A DNA stretch of 63,984 nt, counting the filler, from Basidioascus undulatus (taxonomy: Eukaryota): NCBI GenBank assembly GCA_000826855.1. It is 8 parts of 8 records of this genome, joined end to end, with 100 filler letters (N's around TTAATTAATTAA, not from the genome) between each part and the next. Parts side by side here need not be neighbours in the genome. Positions count along the whole stretch, not along the records: positions 1 to 26,175 come from JTLS01000195.1; 7 more parts are not named here. The stretch is one strand, 5' to 3'. The position numbers were made by a program, and so were the translations under genes. The notes below the pieces were generated by a model. That model searched no databases and had not been told where the DNA came from. It saw nothing but the letters and a program-made list of their open reading frames with translations. Positions 1-13,477 of the stretch are shown here, piece after piece; position 1 is the first letter of the stretch, and every line of letters begins with the position of its first letter.

Positions 1-59
1 AGTGGCTAACATCGGGTGTTCTCACCGCCCAGCCCCGGGTTCAATTCCCGGACGGGGAA
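1..59 (+). tRNA. tRNA-Glu(CTC), 5'-truncated by the window edge
   Basis: Anticodon arm GGGTG-TTCTCAC-CGCCC; T-arm CCGGG-TTCAATT-CCCGG; 3' end GGGGAA, followed by a T-run (Pol III terminator-like). Confidence 0.9.
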
Positions 60-601
60 CTATATTTTGCTCGTTTTGCCCATGCTCCAGGCCATGATGA
101 CTCTCGTGCCTGACCCAGCCTGCGATACCTTTTGCCGCACACCGGCCTTCAGCGGCATTGAGGTGACCAGGCGACTGCGTTGGAGATGTTTTGCGTCCGC
201 TGTAAGTCATAAAGCGTATTGAGATCCAATTTCAGAAGAACCAAGCTACAATCCCGACCGGGACCTGGTTTTATTGCAAAGCTGATGCCCCGGCACAATC
301 ATAAACAGCCACATACAACTTGAATGTCTTCTGGAGCGACGGGGCAGAGCTCACTCTGATAGTCCACGTCAGTCTGTCTCCCGATGGGTGCCAGCGCTAC
401 GCTGATGTTGCGACGCTGGTACTTCCCCTAGAAGCGGCCTTTGAACACCACACCCGAAAGTTCATAGGCTCAACAAATCTCAAGCAGCAGAGTATGCAGT
501 ACGTCTCAATCATCACATCTATTGTATTCGCAGTTACAAATGCCTGCGTCGAATTTTCGTAGCCTCAATTGCGTTTCATCTCCCACATCTCCCATCCTCC
601 C

Positions 602-3600
602 TTACACCTTCACAGCCTTGTAGAAGGACGCATACTGTTTAAGTCTCATGAGTTAAGCACTTCTCGGGACGAAGAGGGATGCAGGCAGCATACCATGTTA
701 ACCCGGTCAATCTCCTTGTCGCCGCCGACCTCGCGGATGCCTAGCGGCTGGACCTGGAAGCCGACCTTCTCGAAGCGCTTGATGTACCAGGGGACCTTAG
801 ACGCGGCTGCCCATCCCATCTCGCGTCAGTGAAATCCAGACCCGAGCAGCAGGCGGTCAGTTTACGCACAGCGCCAGTAGACCTCGCCGCCGCGCGCGAT
901 GACCCGGTGAATCTCGGCGATCTCTTGGTCGAGCGGGCATGGGGCGGGCGCGTTGGGGGAGAACCAGTCCATGTGGTCTGTTTTAAAACCTTTTATTCAG
1001 CCAAACGCGACGCTAGGGGATACGGTAAACGCGGAAAGTAACGTACCCATCAGGATCATCTTCGTCACAGACGAAGCGGAAAGACCCTGCAGGACGCTGT
1101 GGGCGAGAGCATCGTTAGTTCCAGGGACCTGGTGAAATATATATTAAGTAACAGGAACATACTTCATGATGGCGTCCGTGTGAAGGCGGAACGAGTCGAG
1201 CACAGCGCCGTTGCTCTCCTTGAGCTTGCCGAAGCCCTCGGGGGTGAGGTAGAGCGGGCACGAGTCGTGAGTGTAGCGGCCGAGGAGACACTGACGCGGG
1301 AAGCAGGTCATTAAATACACAAAATTCCCGAAAAAAGCAGGAGCGTACGAGGAGGTAGTGGTAAGCGCCCGTGCGCATGTGGGTGTTGCTGAAAGAAACA
1401 AAGTCAACGCGAGCCAGCATACAAGACCTGCCACAAAGCGTACTGGGCAATCGGGTCAAGCGTGTCGGCAGCGTACTGTGCGGCCGAGCAGCCTTCGTTC
1501 AGGAAGCAGTTCATCTGGTTGATCGGGACGCCCAGAGCGTTCCAGAGGAAGACGCTGCGAGCCAGTCTCCCCTGTCAGCGCTACGGGTTAGCAGGCTCGA
1601 GGGTAAGCGGTACGCACGGGTTGGCGAGGAAGAGCTTGGTGATAGCCTTGTTCAGGAGCACGGGGCGCAGTTTCTTGTCCCAGATCTGGCCCTGCTCCTC
1701 AAGCGTCGACGCCTCAACGAAACGGCGAACGTGGGTGCGGACGCCGCCGAGGAAGAAGGCCCACTTTGCCAGGCGCAAAGCCCAGCCACCTATCCGCGCC
1801 AATCGCTTAAGATTATTCCTTCATTTTTGCTCAAATGTAAGGAAACTCACTGTAGCCGCGCATGTAGAACGACGAAGAGAAGGCACCGGCGTTGGCGCGC
1901 CAGAACTGGTACGCCCTATATGAGTGGACCCGCCATCAGCATGAGCGCCTTTTCGGATAATTCGAGAATCAGAGACACACTGAGAAGACAGGAAAGGCGA
2001 AAGGCGGGTGTCCAGAATGTACTCGAAGTTTTCGACCTTGCCCTCGCCGAACATCTGCCACATCTCGTCGTGCGAGAGCGCGCTGATGGCGGCGAGCTTG
2101 AGCTCGAGGAGGTGGCCTTGGCAGGGGTCTGTCGGGCGCTCGTGAGCTTCAAGGGCTATAATACATGAGCCAAAGGAGAATCGCACTCATATCAACGCAG
2201 TGGATCTGCTCGGCAAGGAGCACTCTGTCAGCGAGGCGGACGGCGTGAAAGCACGGCAGTTACGCACCCGACGAGGCTGAGCAGCGGCGGCATAGTGCAG
2301 AGCGTTGTCGCCAGCGGACGTAATAACGAAAAGAGTGTCGTCCTTGGTCAGGTTCAGGTGCTGCATGTCGACCTCCGGGTCCTCCCACTGCAGTTCAAGG
2401 TGAATCAGTCTCCGAACGCTGACGGCTCGTTAAAACGCTCTTACAGTGAAGCCGTAAATCCAGGTGCTGCAAGCCAAGCCAGGTTAGCATGAGCATGACC
2501 GATCGAGACAAGAACGCCAACATACCGGAACTCGGAGTGCTCCTTCTTCTCTAGGAAGGGCAACCTCCAGTGCCGGTTCTGGTAGTGGAAGCTCGAGAGC
2601 GGAAGCGCCATCGATCCACCCTTCTTCTTGGTGTCTGCGGGCAGAGCAGCCTCTCCGAGCTCGAGCTCAGGCATGTCAAGCGCATTAGAGAAGCTGCCGT
2701 GCTTCATGCCATCGCTCGAAGGACTGGGCGTGAGCGCCGGCGAGTGCAAGGGAGTGAGCTATATTCGCGCACAGAAAGTCAGCATCAGCCAGCTTTCATG
2801 CGCTATAAGCCGAGAGAGCAACGGACATGGCCAGAGCCCATAGTGTTTCCAGCCTCGATCCTGGGAAGAGGGTGCGTCAAAACAGACGCAACGAGCAGAG
2901 TTGACCTTCAGCTACTCACTCGAAAGCACGGTAGGCACGCTCAGTCGAGCGCGAGCGCGAGCAGCCAAGCCATACGTAGTACGGGCTGTTAAGGAGTCAG
3001 CCTTTGGTCATTTGCCTGTTGAGTTAAGACCTACATCTGAATGAGGTTGGGGACGATGAAGTGGTTGCGGCCGTTGTACGCCCTGCCAGCGGGTTGTAGG
3101 TCAGCACCCGCGACAAGTAACCTCAATAACCGTGCGTACTTGATGGTGCCAAACCGGTACTCCAAATATTCTGCATTTCGAAGGCATCAGCAGGTGAACG
3201 GCATTGCGGAGGCTGTCGGGTGCGAAACGCAGCGGCTTACCACGGCGAGCAGGAGCGAGGTGGACGTGGTCAAGATCGAACCTGCACGGAGAGACCCGTT
3301 AGTGAAATGAGCAATACTCGGTGTCAGATGCACTACTTGCCAGATCTGCCAGAACCAGCGGGAAACCCAGCCCACGCGGCGCTCAGCGCCGTTGCCGATA
3401 GCGCGCTCGAGCGGCGTGGACGAGCGAGAAGAGGTGTAAAAGTCGACGACACCGAAAAGCCCGGCGGGATCAAGACTGAAAATCTCAGTTAGTGTTCATC
3501 CGTTTCTTCTATCTGCAAGATTTCCCAGTACTCACAGGTCGTCGATGCGGTCGAGAAGAGCGTAGTACGAAGGGATCTGTTCGCGAAGATGCTTTAGCGC

Positions 3601-4588
3601 AAGCGGGGCATAATGCAAGCAGGGGATTCTCTCACCATCGAAAGGGCATAAGACATCGTGAAGAGAGACACCGAGCCCCGGGGCTCGATCTCGCTGCTGT
3701 CCCACTGCGGCAGCGAGAAGAATGTTGCATCCTGGCAAAGAACGTGGACGTTCTTCCACCCACGGCGCTCGAAGCGCTGGCGAGCGACGTCGAGGAGACT
3801 GGAAGAGAAGGGTGAGCCCCTACCTCTAGAGGCATGAGTCAAAAAGGGCTTACGGCTGGCACAAATCAATCAGGTAGACGCTGTCGAAGTCCTCGATAGG
3901 GAAGAAGGCGGCCATCTCCTCGATGTTGAAACCTGCAGACTGCTGGGTGAGGATTCGCCACCTTTCGACAACCAAGTGAAAGCAATGCGTACCGGTACCA
4001 CCGCCAATGTCAACCCACACGAGAGGCTTGTCCGGGTTCTCGGCCTTCATCTGGCGGAGATGGGCCGCACACAGGCGGAGAAGCGTGTGCCGTCCCCGGA
4101 GAAGGCGGTGCCTAGTAGCATCGTAGACTGGGTTTTCGAAGATAAGTTAGACACAATACGGGTTACGAAGAAACTAGAGACCGAACCATCTGCCTGCGCT
4201 TGGTAAAACTGAGACGCGCGAGATTCCGTCATCAGCGACCAGCTCGTTTGTTCCTCCAACGAAGAGACACGCACCGAGTCTAGCCTTTCCTGCTGTCCCC
4301 CAGATCCCTTCTCTATCGGCCGGAAGAAACACGCCCAGCAGAAGCGTGCGATGGGAACAATGCTGGGCCACGCGGTAGCCAGTGTCAATAAGAAAGTGAG
4401 CGCAGTCAGGGCTGCCCAGCCGAGTCGCGTCTTGGAGTCGTCGACAGAGCTGATGGGGCTGAGGGAAGGGAGAAGTCCTTAGTCCAGAGGTCCATGTCGG
4501 CGCCGTAGATAAGGATATCCCACTTGATGTTGAGATACAAGCCGAGGCCTGAGGCGGCGAGCGCGCCCAGGTTGGCGGTAAGACCCAT
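602..4588 (-). CDS. BTA1: Betaine lipid (DGTS) synthase, BtaB methyltransferase + BtaA/DUF3419 fusion, multi-exon
   Basis: Exons read VWVDIGGGTG (SAM motif), SVYLIDLCQP..SLLDVARQRFERRGWKNVHVLCQDA, LFTMSYALSM, GWVSRWFWQIW, HLLELKLAAI, SCPLYLTPEGF..FRLHTDAI and end EIDRVNM/YASFYKAVKV*. GT-AG introns lie between them. The start codon is approximate. Confidence 0.9.
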
Positions 4589-5250
4589 AATGTCGGTGGG
4601 TGTGCTGCTTCTGCCGTTGAGGCCGAGGAGCTGATGGTCGTGAAGGACGTGAGAGATTACGGTGGTGGAAGTTAGGGACTGAGCTGGCTGCTCAGACGAT
4701 AATAAGGAGGACAGCGCACTGGCACCAGGGAAGCAACAGCGGGCTGCCATGGCACAGACCCGGAACGCGTCGGAGGCCCCTCCAACGCGCTAGACGACTT
4801 GGAAGGCTGCGCCGGGGTGCTCAATAACCTTGTACGCGACCAATGGAACGCGTGTGTGAAGAGCGCACGAGGCTCGTTGACATCTGTGCAAGAGCGTGCG
4901 AAGGGCCAGACTAGGACAGCCTTAAGGAGGGCATGCTGGCCTTGAACTCGCTGATTGGCTGCAGTCCGGAATCATGACCGTTGCTCACGCTTGCTGCGCA
5001 CGGTTGACTTGCACATACAATCTGATTCAACAGCCAAAGTGAACGGATTAATGAAAGTACATATTGGAAGACAGAAGTGTCGTTGTGTCTTCCGGCCGCC
5101 AGTCGAGACACCGAAGAAGTGATGCGTGCGTCGATACACGGGTTTACAGCTAGCAGCCAGTGGTTTGTCTGTATCCAGAGCAAGACGCGACACACACACA
5201 AAGTATGACAGTGCGACGGGGTAAAATGCATGTCAACAAAAAACGGCGTA

Positions 5251-7975
5251 CTACCAACCAGGGGCAGCGTTCAAATGTCGAGGCGACTGCAAACCCCATC
5301 CGCCCCCGAGATGTGACGGAGCGCCCGCATGATGCTGTTGAACGTCGTGCGGTGACTCTAAGCCCGCCCATGAGCTCCAATCGATCCCGAAATCCCAACC
5401 CTGCGGTGGTGGTGGTGGGTGGTAGTGCGGCTCGACGGTGGGGGGGCGGCCCTCCAGCGCAGCGACTATGTCCTCACTCCCGCCGCGCTCGCGAAGACGT
5501 TCGGAGGCGGAGGCTGCTCTCGAAAGCGCGCGCGAAGCGAGGTCCCATTGGTGGGCAGAAGAGGTGTGTTGGAGGAACGAGATGAGGCGAGTGAGGAGGC
5601 CGAGCGGGACCGAGGTGCGAGTGCCGTGCGGGGACGGGTACTCCGTGGGGGGCGCGGAAGGAGATAAGGCAAGGCGGAGAAGAAAATTGAGAAGGGTAGA
5701 GATATGGTGGGAGGCATCTGTCGGACAGCAGCTCAGTTGAGTGAGGCAGAGACAAGGGTCCTCGCGAGAACACGAAACCGCTGCGAACGTACATATCGTC
5801 CAGAATCCGTTCAGGTCGGCGTCTGACAAGCCCGTCACGAAGTCGGTAGCTTGGCGCACGAGGTCGAGAGTATTCGCATCAGGCGGCGCGGGATCGTCGG
5901 GGTCGGGGTCGAGAGCCATGCGGCGCAAGAAGAGCCGCAGACCAAGAATCTCGAGCGAGAGCGATACTGGGGAGAATTTCAATCAGCTTGTTCATCATTT
6001 TCTTGTCCAACATTAAGCAACTTACGGGTACCCGGCGCCTTCTCATGAATCACAGACTCGACCGCGAAGACTGCAACCTCCTCCTCGAACGCAGCGATGC
6101 GCGCAGCCCGGTCCCTGGGGGAGCGAGTGCGCAGTGCCGCAACGCTGCACAGCTCCTCCTGCAGGCGCATCATGATCCGGCAGAGCTCACAGAGGGACCG
6201 GAAAGCTCTCCCGGATGCAGCGGGTGGCGGGAGAGAGGCGAGGGAGGGGAGGGAAACGTCGGTGTCGTTTCGATGGATGTGCGAAGGGCGCGAGTCGTAC
6301 AAGCAGATCCTGTGGAGGCCGAAGTCGTTTTAGCAGCGGAAGGGAAGCAAGATCGCAGATAAATCGTACCAGCTGTCGTGAATCATGCAACCCCACCAGA
6401 GGCGAATACGAAGGTCGCGTTCCCAAGTGGGTATCGACCACGACGTGGGGTCGAGATGGAGCCCCAGAAGTTGAGCCTGAGCGATTGTCTGTTTGATGTT
6501 ACAGTCGCCAAGGTTAACTGCAATCCCATCTCGTTGCCAAGTTTCAGAAAAAAAAAAGCATACCCGAGCGAGAATCTGGTAATTGCCCCGAGGATCCACT
6601 GTTGAATTCACGGCCGTCAGCATTTTGCGGTCGTGCCGCGGGGAGCCATAAGGGTTAATACGCACTGCTCGGACGGCCATTCATGTCCAGAAGATTAGCA
6701 GCAATCGTGCTGAGGCGCGGTTTGTCGAAATCGGGGTCGACAGCGACGTGAAGGATAGCCCATGCGCGTATCGACGTGCCGCGCAGCGACGGGATGTGTA
6801 TGAGGGCGGACGAGTAAACCGCGCCGAGGAGGTAAGAAGGGAGCGGTTGGCGGGTATCGGGAAGGAGAGGGAACGCGGGGTGGACGACGTTAAGATAAGT
6901 TTCGAGCAGGTGCGCGTTTTGGGGGCGAGGGGAAAGGGTGTTGAGAAGCTGGTCGACTTGGGCGAGCAGCGATAGACCGGGGTCGAGGGAGGTGCGGTAA
7001 TGCTAACCAGAGGGAGTTGAGTCAGACGCAGCGTTTCAAGGCAAGGGAAAGTGCTACTGACCGGTTTGGGCTCGAAAACTGCGTAGGCGGGGCGGCTGGC
7101 ATCGAGGGAGAGTTGCCGGACGTAGGACGGGGAGGGGGGGAGGAGCAGCGAAACGTCGTCGGGGGGAGAGTACATGATGTGAGGTTCGTGCGATTCGGGT
7201 GTGGAAAGATCGAGGGAAGTGAAGAGGGAGGAGAGGTTGTTGACTTCGGCGGAGGGGTAAGAGATCGTCGGCACTCCGCTCTGAAAGGCGGCTGCGAGTC
7301 AGCTAGCGGACACAACACCACGAGTTCAAGTCTTTCAACGCACCGAGGAGCTAATCGAAGCTGAACGGGAGCTCTCTGTAGGAGTCTCCGCATGATAGAC
7401 ACCGGTACTGGTGCTGTCCGCCCGCGAGCGCCTTCCAGCGCTGACCGAGCGCACCGGGCCCAAGCCGGTAGTGTGCAGGGCTCCCGTCGTCCCAGCTGGC
7501 GCCGGCTGCATCGACGGCGCGTCCTCCGGTGGACGCCGCTTGCGCTTCTGGGGCGCCTCCTCGAAGGTACATGCCCTGCCCGTCTGCTTGCACTCGACGC
7601 AAGGAGGGCCCTCCTCGTTGATGAAGCATCGCGTCTTCGACCGGCGACCTATCGCAGGCCCAGCTCCATCAGATTGCATTTTTCATCACATATGAGAAAG
7701 AACTACTCACAGTTGTCACATGGTCGCTGCTTGCGCGAACGGAATGGACGTGCGCCTATTGGTATCGGCGAAGAGTCGCCCTTGGCCTTCGAGGCCGGGC
7801 GCGCGGACTGAAGCTGCGGGGCCCTCGCAGGCGGCGGCGGTGCGGCTGTAGGTGGCGGCGGATAGATCGAGTGGGGGATTGGGGGAGGCGGAGTAGAGAG
7901 AGAGTCGGGGAGCGGTGCTGGGTATAGGTGGGGAGAAACGCTGTACTCGACAGGGGAGGGATGGGGATGAATCAT
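5251..7975 (-). CDS. Zn(II)2Cys6 transcription factor with Fungal_trans middle domain, multi-exon
   Basis: RPFRSRKQRPCDNC|RRSKTRCFINEEGPPCVECKQTGRACTF gives six Cys across an intron. LGLHLDPTSWSIPTWERDLRIRLWWGCMIHDSW matches the Fungal_trans motif. Both ends are approximate. Confidence 0.88.
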
Positions 7976-8986
7976 CGCGAAGACACGCGAAGGAGAGGGC
8001 GAAGAGCGAAGTGCAAAGTGGGTGTCGATCTGTGCATATGAACGAAGCACAGCGGAGAGTCCGCAGGAGTTGCCCTTCGGTAAGACCAGGTACGAGTACG
8101 GGGTAAGAGGAGTGAAGCGAACTTTGCTCGGGTGGGTAGAGATAGCGTACGAACCTTATGAGCTAGTGAGACGAAGCTGCCGGCTCGTCGCCAACCAGCA
8201 GGTTGCAACAGGCTAAATTCTTGATACAGGAGCCGTTGCAAGGACGAGCTCGGGGAGGAAGCAGTACTGGTTGGGGGTCGTTGTGCGTGAGCCAGGAGGC
8301 CACGCTTGAACACTCACCCAGTGGCAAGACTTTTGAATGCCCAAGAGCACGAACACGCGTGCTGCGATTGCCCAGTCTACCCACCTTCTATTGTGGCACA
8401 ACCAGAGCGTCTACAAAGTGGTGGAGCGTAGAGAACATGACGGTAGAAGGCAGACGAGCATATTGTTCGCAGCAGGAATGCGCATCATAAACTTTGCAAA
8501 TGCTGAGGCGCAGATGGAAGCAGTGACTTCGCGCTGCACTCCAAAGGCAGCGTTTGTTCTCTGCGTCCGAATCTCGACGCGACCACGTGTGTCCTTGGTG
8601 GAGAAGGAGGAGGAACACCGCAGAGGCGCTGTGGGGCACTGTGGGGGAACAAAAGCCAACGGGTCAACTCATGGTCAACTCCCAGGTACGGAGCAGGGTC
8701 CTGAGATGAACTTCATCAACGTCACGTCGTTGGCCCGCTGATCGAGACACACGTCCTTCGTCACTGACGGGCTCAATTCGCTCGTCACGAGTCCAATGAT
8801 GCACACGCAGCAAATCACCGTCTTTGTATGGCTGCATCACAAAATGATGCACGCCTGTAGGAACAGCATCGCAGACTTGTAGATCGAAAAAATGCGGGTG
8901 GGTCCTTTGGGGTCCTCACAGCGAGCGGGTCTTATCGATCGTGCGTAGCTTCATCTCGCCCGAGCTGCCAGCGCAGGGTCAACAAG

Positions 8987-9053
8987 CACGGCCGCCGCGG
9001 ACACCGGCGAACTCCACGGCCGCCGCGGACACCGGCGAACTCCGCGGCCACCG
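8987..9053. repeat. 28-bp tandem repeat, 2 perfect copies plus a partial third
   Basis: CACGGCCGCCGCGGACACCGGCGAACTC at 8987-9014 and 9015-9042, then a degenerate CGCGGCCACCG. Confidence 0.9.
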
Positions 9054-12000
9054 GAACAGTGAGTTTGACTCAGTGAGCACTGAGCCCGAGTTTGGTGAAG
9101 GTGCTCACGCACTCTGCCCCGCATTTCCAGCGTGTGCGTGATCGACTGCCGCCCTTGAAAATTTTGCTGATCGACAGCTGTGGAGATGTCTTCTCGGACT
9201 CTCAGCTCGCACTGAACACGCACTGCGTCAAGCCAGTAGAGCAGTCCAGTCCCCCTTGAGTTGGAAATTAGGTGGTTGGGGACCATGGATCCAGCAGACG
9301 ATCGAGGCTGAGGCTTTCGCAAGTTGCGCCGTTCGATTCCCGGCGGCGTCCCGAAGTTCTACCGGCTGTAGTTCGGGGCTTCCTATCCCGGATGCCGGCA
9401 GCCTTCTTTTTACAAACAACGGCACACAGGGGTAGCCAAAATGCAACCCCGTGGCCCTTGCTCTGAAGCTTGCGTGTTGAAATTGCCAACATCGCGAAGT
9501 CGGAGCCACTGGGGGAATAGCAGCTCACTGTCGGCGGGCCTCGTTGAAAGCACTACACAGGGCGCCGGCTGGCGATGGAGGCACAGAACGGCCGACAATC
9601 GAAGATGTGGGGCATGTACATATATCTAGGTATGTAAATGAAGCCATGGGGCGCGGAGCTACAGGGATAATGCGGTCGACCCGGGGTCATGGGAGCACAA
9701 CCAGGTGCACGCAAGTCAGGATGCATGCTAACGTTAGGCGATCAAATCAAATTTGCGTCTCTGTGTAGCCGAAGATGGATTGAACTAGTAAAATCTAGGT
9801 ACTTGGCATCAAGCTGCCACTCGAGCAAGCTGTGTTCGAGGTTGCCTGCCCAAGCAACTAGCGGTGCCACTGTCTTCTCTTGTATCACCGGCTTACTTAT
9901 ATTGCATGGATTGCTGACTGTAGACTCTTTGAATGCTCATATATGAGTTGAACCTTAACAGAACCAATGATTAGCCTGAATGATTGCCGATGGTATCCGT
10001 CCACTACAGCGCGTGCCCCGATGCCCAGTGAATCCAAGCTTGGCGAGGATGAAAATGGGATCGTTGTTCTTTTCGCGATCTGAATTCAAGAAGAAGACGA
10101 AGCATGGCCGGGCACAGGCACGCCGCTCTGTCCTGGCGATATCGGTGGAACCGCAATGTGAGGTTCCGAAGACATGATGGAAATCAGATGTTGAGCCTCA
10201 TGTTCCTTCATCAAATGTAGTAGTAGCTGAATCCTCAACTCGAGCCGACGTGGTTAGGTGGCCGGGCACCCGTCAACTAGAGAAAGTCATTTGATTCGTC
10301 AGTTGATGAGCCTACATCCGGTAGCCCAGGCGTTTGAGGCAGCTCAAGAACCCATGTGGGCACATATACTGGTTTCCACGTTGTCAAAGCTTGCTCGTCG
10401 CAATCACCCCAAAGATGTAACGGAACGCCCGACAGTCCGGTTCTGTGACTATAATGCACAGACTGACCATGACCTCTGCACTCTCCGTACTCGTGCTGTG
10501 AATAATAAATGGCATATTTTGAAAGACTGACGAGGGTGCGTGAAACGTTGTTCGCCCACGACGACTTGAAGGTCGTTGCAAGGCGACTTTCTAGATTCAA
10601 AGGCGGACTTCGCCGCGCGTTGCCGGGCGCGTTGTCGTTGTGTTCCTCTTTGGACACCACTCCTCAGACATACAAACCTGCAGATCAGTACAACCCATGT
10701 AAGATAAACTCCTCAGTCAAATTCTACCTTCGACAGACACAAGGGAGCTTCGTCTGCGGTCCCGCCCTCTCAAGCGAGCTCAAGCTCGCTTGGCCCTGGT
10801 CCTTCTCGGCATTCTCGTTTGCATCTGATGAGCCAGCAGAAGATACCTCCACATCCACGGCATTGTCGTCATTTGCGGTTGCGTCGAGGCTTGCCGAGAT
10901 GAGGCTAATCGAGCCGCACGCTGTGCGCTGGCCATGAAGGTCTGGGTTCTCCGGCGGCTGGACAAGGACAATAACACGGTAAGCGCCCTCAACGACCGGC
11001 CTCCGAGTGTTCACAAAGAACTGTAAGATAATACGGTAATACGGTGAGCTGCCAATGAGAACGGAAATCACAGGGTGGATGAAGAAAGTCTAGTCGGTGG
11101 AGAGTGAAGCAAACGGCGCTTCATCGAACAATACACATTGCCGGCACCCAAGCGAACAATTCAAGCGGATGCATTGAAGTAAGGCTAGACAATACAGAGT
11201 GCTGGTAACGGTGACGGTGACGAGCACAGCAGCAATAACTACGCAGAGCTGTGTGCCCGCAAAAGTTGTCAAGTTTGCTCTCACCGCGAGGTTCTGAGCA
11301 GTTGGTGCCCTTGAACCAAAGGCCTTAGGCGAAAAGTCCTCAGGGAACGACCAAGCCAATGTTACCCTCCCAGTTTCTCGCCCAAGCATGCTGCTCAGCA
11401 TGTCCGACCCGCGAGAAAGACCCAATGTTCATGGGGGTAGGATCCAACGATCTCCTGCCCCGTCTACTATGTAGGGTGTGCTGGTGTCCCGCTGATTACA
11501 TATACGGAGCAACTTGCTGAACGGCTCGACCGCTTATGGAGGAAACATACAGTCGGTCTAGACCTGCACGCTTCTGTGCGCTGCATCCACATTGCCGCCC
11601 ACTGTACGCCGTTAGTCAAAGCCTGCTCGTCGTTTGTCGTTAGTAGGTCTTTCCTAGAGCCCTTCATGCCTCCGGAGTGTCCGCTCGAGGGCTTGAAAAA
11701 AGAAGTGCCTGACGGAGGATGGCCGCTGTTTACAGCACGTCGACTGCGCGGCCGAAGCCCTCAACGTTCAGATCAACCAATTCTCTCGCGTCACACCCCT
11801 TCCTCCCACTCTCTCGTCCTCGAACCAAATTAACTCCAAGGCCCAACTCGTCGGGCAGCTCAGGGCTACCGCGGGCCCAACGGCAAAGCAAGCAAGCAAT
11901 CGACGCCTTCCTACTCCACTCCACTCAGCACCCGGTCTCAAAAAGCAAGCGCAGGCCCACGAAACCTCGTTCAATTTTAAGAGCATGTGCGCTGCGCAGC

Positions 12001-12366
12001 GTGGGAGGGCAAGCAAGCAAGTAAGAAAAGGGGTATGGTAACGAAGTAAGACGAAGAGCAACAGGAAGAAGGAAGCTCAAGGAGAAGCAGGACCGGTGCG
12101 GAGCGGGGTGGTGCGGGTACGAAGGGGCAAAGCACAAGGGTAACGTGTGGGCATGCGAGCCTGACGGTGATGGTGATGATGGGTGTGGATGGATGTGTAA
12201 TGAGTGCTTGACAGACGAACAGATGGGGAGGAAGAGGGGATGCAGTGTGGGAGTAGAGGGTGCGTTGTGAAGGGAGTGCGGGGGCGACGGAAGTGGCGGA
12301 TGGACAGATAACGACGAAGAGATGGGGAGGAGAGGAAGAGCGAAAGGGGTGCGGCGGTATTCTCGG

Positions 12367-13393
12367 TCACATAACCCTGCAATCGTCCTTCTTCGCCTTC
12401 CCGACCTGGATCCCCATCGCCTCGAACGTCGCCGGCCCCTTGCTCGGGGGCGGGGCCGCCACCTGCTGGGGAGGGGGCGTCTGAGCGGGCCCGTCATCCG
12501 AGAGTGTGTACTTCGCGGGCGGGCCCTGGTTGATCGGCGGAGTCATCGGCGGCGGCGCCTGGAACCCGGGTGGGATGACGCTCATCATGTACTGCTGCGC
12601 GGGGGTGAGGGGCTGCTGCGCGGCGTGCTGGGCCTGGCGGAGCGTGTCTGACTGGGACGCGGCCGGCCTCGGCTGCTGAGCCTGGACGGGGCGCTCGCCG
12701 CCGCCGCCGTCCCATCGCTGCTTGGCTTGCGTGCGCCGACGGACGAGCTTGTCCCCGATCGCGGCTTCGTGCTCGTCCCGCGAGAGCGGGACCGCGCCGG
12801 ACGACTCGAGCGCGGCGAGCCGGTCTTTGGCTTCGTCGTTGCCTTGGGAGGCGGCCTGATGGATCGGATGCCCTATTCAGTCCGGTGCGTACTGAGAAAG
12901 AGCGGGATGCGGAGGAAGGGAGGGCGTACCCGGCTGTACCACTTCCTAGCCATCTGCAGATCCACCGGGCAGCCGACGCCCACCTCGGCATAGTATCCAA
13001 GCGCAAACATCTGTTCCCACAACCCCATCAGCTCTTATCCACTTCACCATTCCCTCCCTCACGTCCCGACTCACCGCGCTAGGCAGCCCCTTCCTCGCAG
13101 CCTTCTCGGCAAACGTGTACGCCAGCCGCTCATCCGCTTCAAACGAACCCTCGTGGCCGCACAAGAACCTGTTCCCCCACCCCCGCTTCCAATCAGTTTT
13201 CCTGGAGAGGCAAGCGATACAGGGAGGAGGGGAAGAAGAGGAAAGACGGACCATTTGCTGAGCGCCATGTCCGCTTCGACCTCGCCGAGCTCGCTCGCCT
13301 TGGAGTAGTACTGGATGGAGAGGAGCGGGTCGAACGCGCACCCGTGGAGGGCAAACTCGTGGCAGAGGCCCATCTTGTACAGCGCGGGAGGGT
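12367..13393 (-). CDS. C-terminal part of a Chs4/Skt5-type chitin synthase regulator (Sel1 repeats, Pro-rich tail, CaaX box)
   Basis: PPALYKMGLCHEFA..FDPLLSIQYYSKASELGEVEADMALSKW|FLCGHEGSFEADERLAYTFAEKAARKGLPSA..YAEVGVG..ARKWY; ends GPATFEAMGIQVGKAKKDDCRVM* (CaaX). The expected N-terminal part is absent. Confidence 0.85.
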
Positions 13394-13477
13394 CTGCGCC
13401 AGCCCATGTCAGTTCCAGCACATCGGAAGGCGCGAGGGTGAGGGGAGAAGAGAGGGGAGAAGGGAGCAAAGACACAC

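Noticed and set aside
1371..2168. Long plus-strand ORF (265 aa) and many similar long antisense or alternate-frame ORFs
   Set aside because: Shadows of real GC-rich genes (here BTA1); no independent motifs.
9100..11900. Several 60-140 aa ORFs in the intergenic region
   Set aside because: No recognisable motifs or consistent exon chain that I can support.
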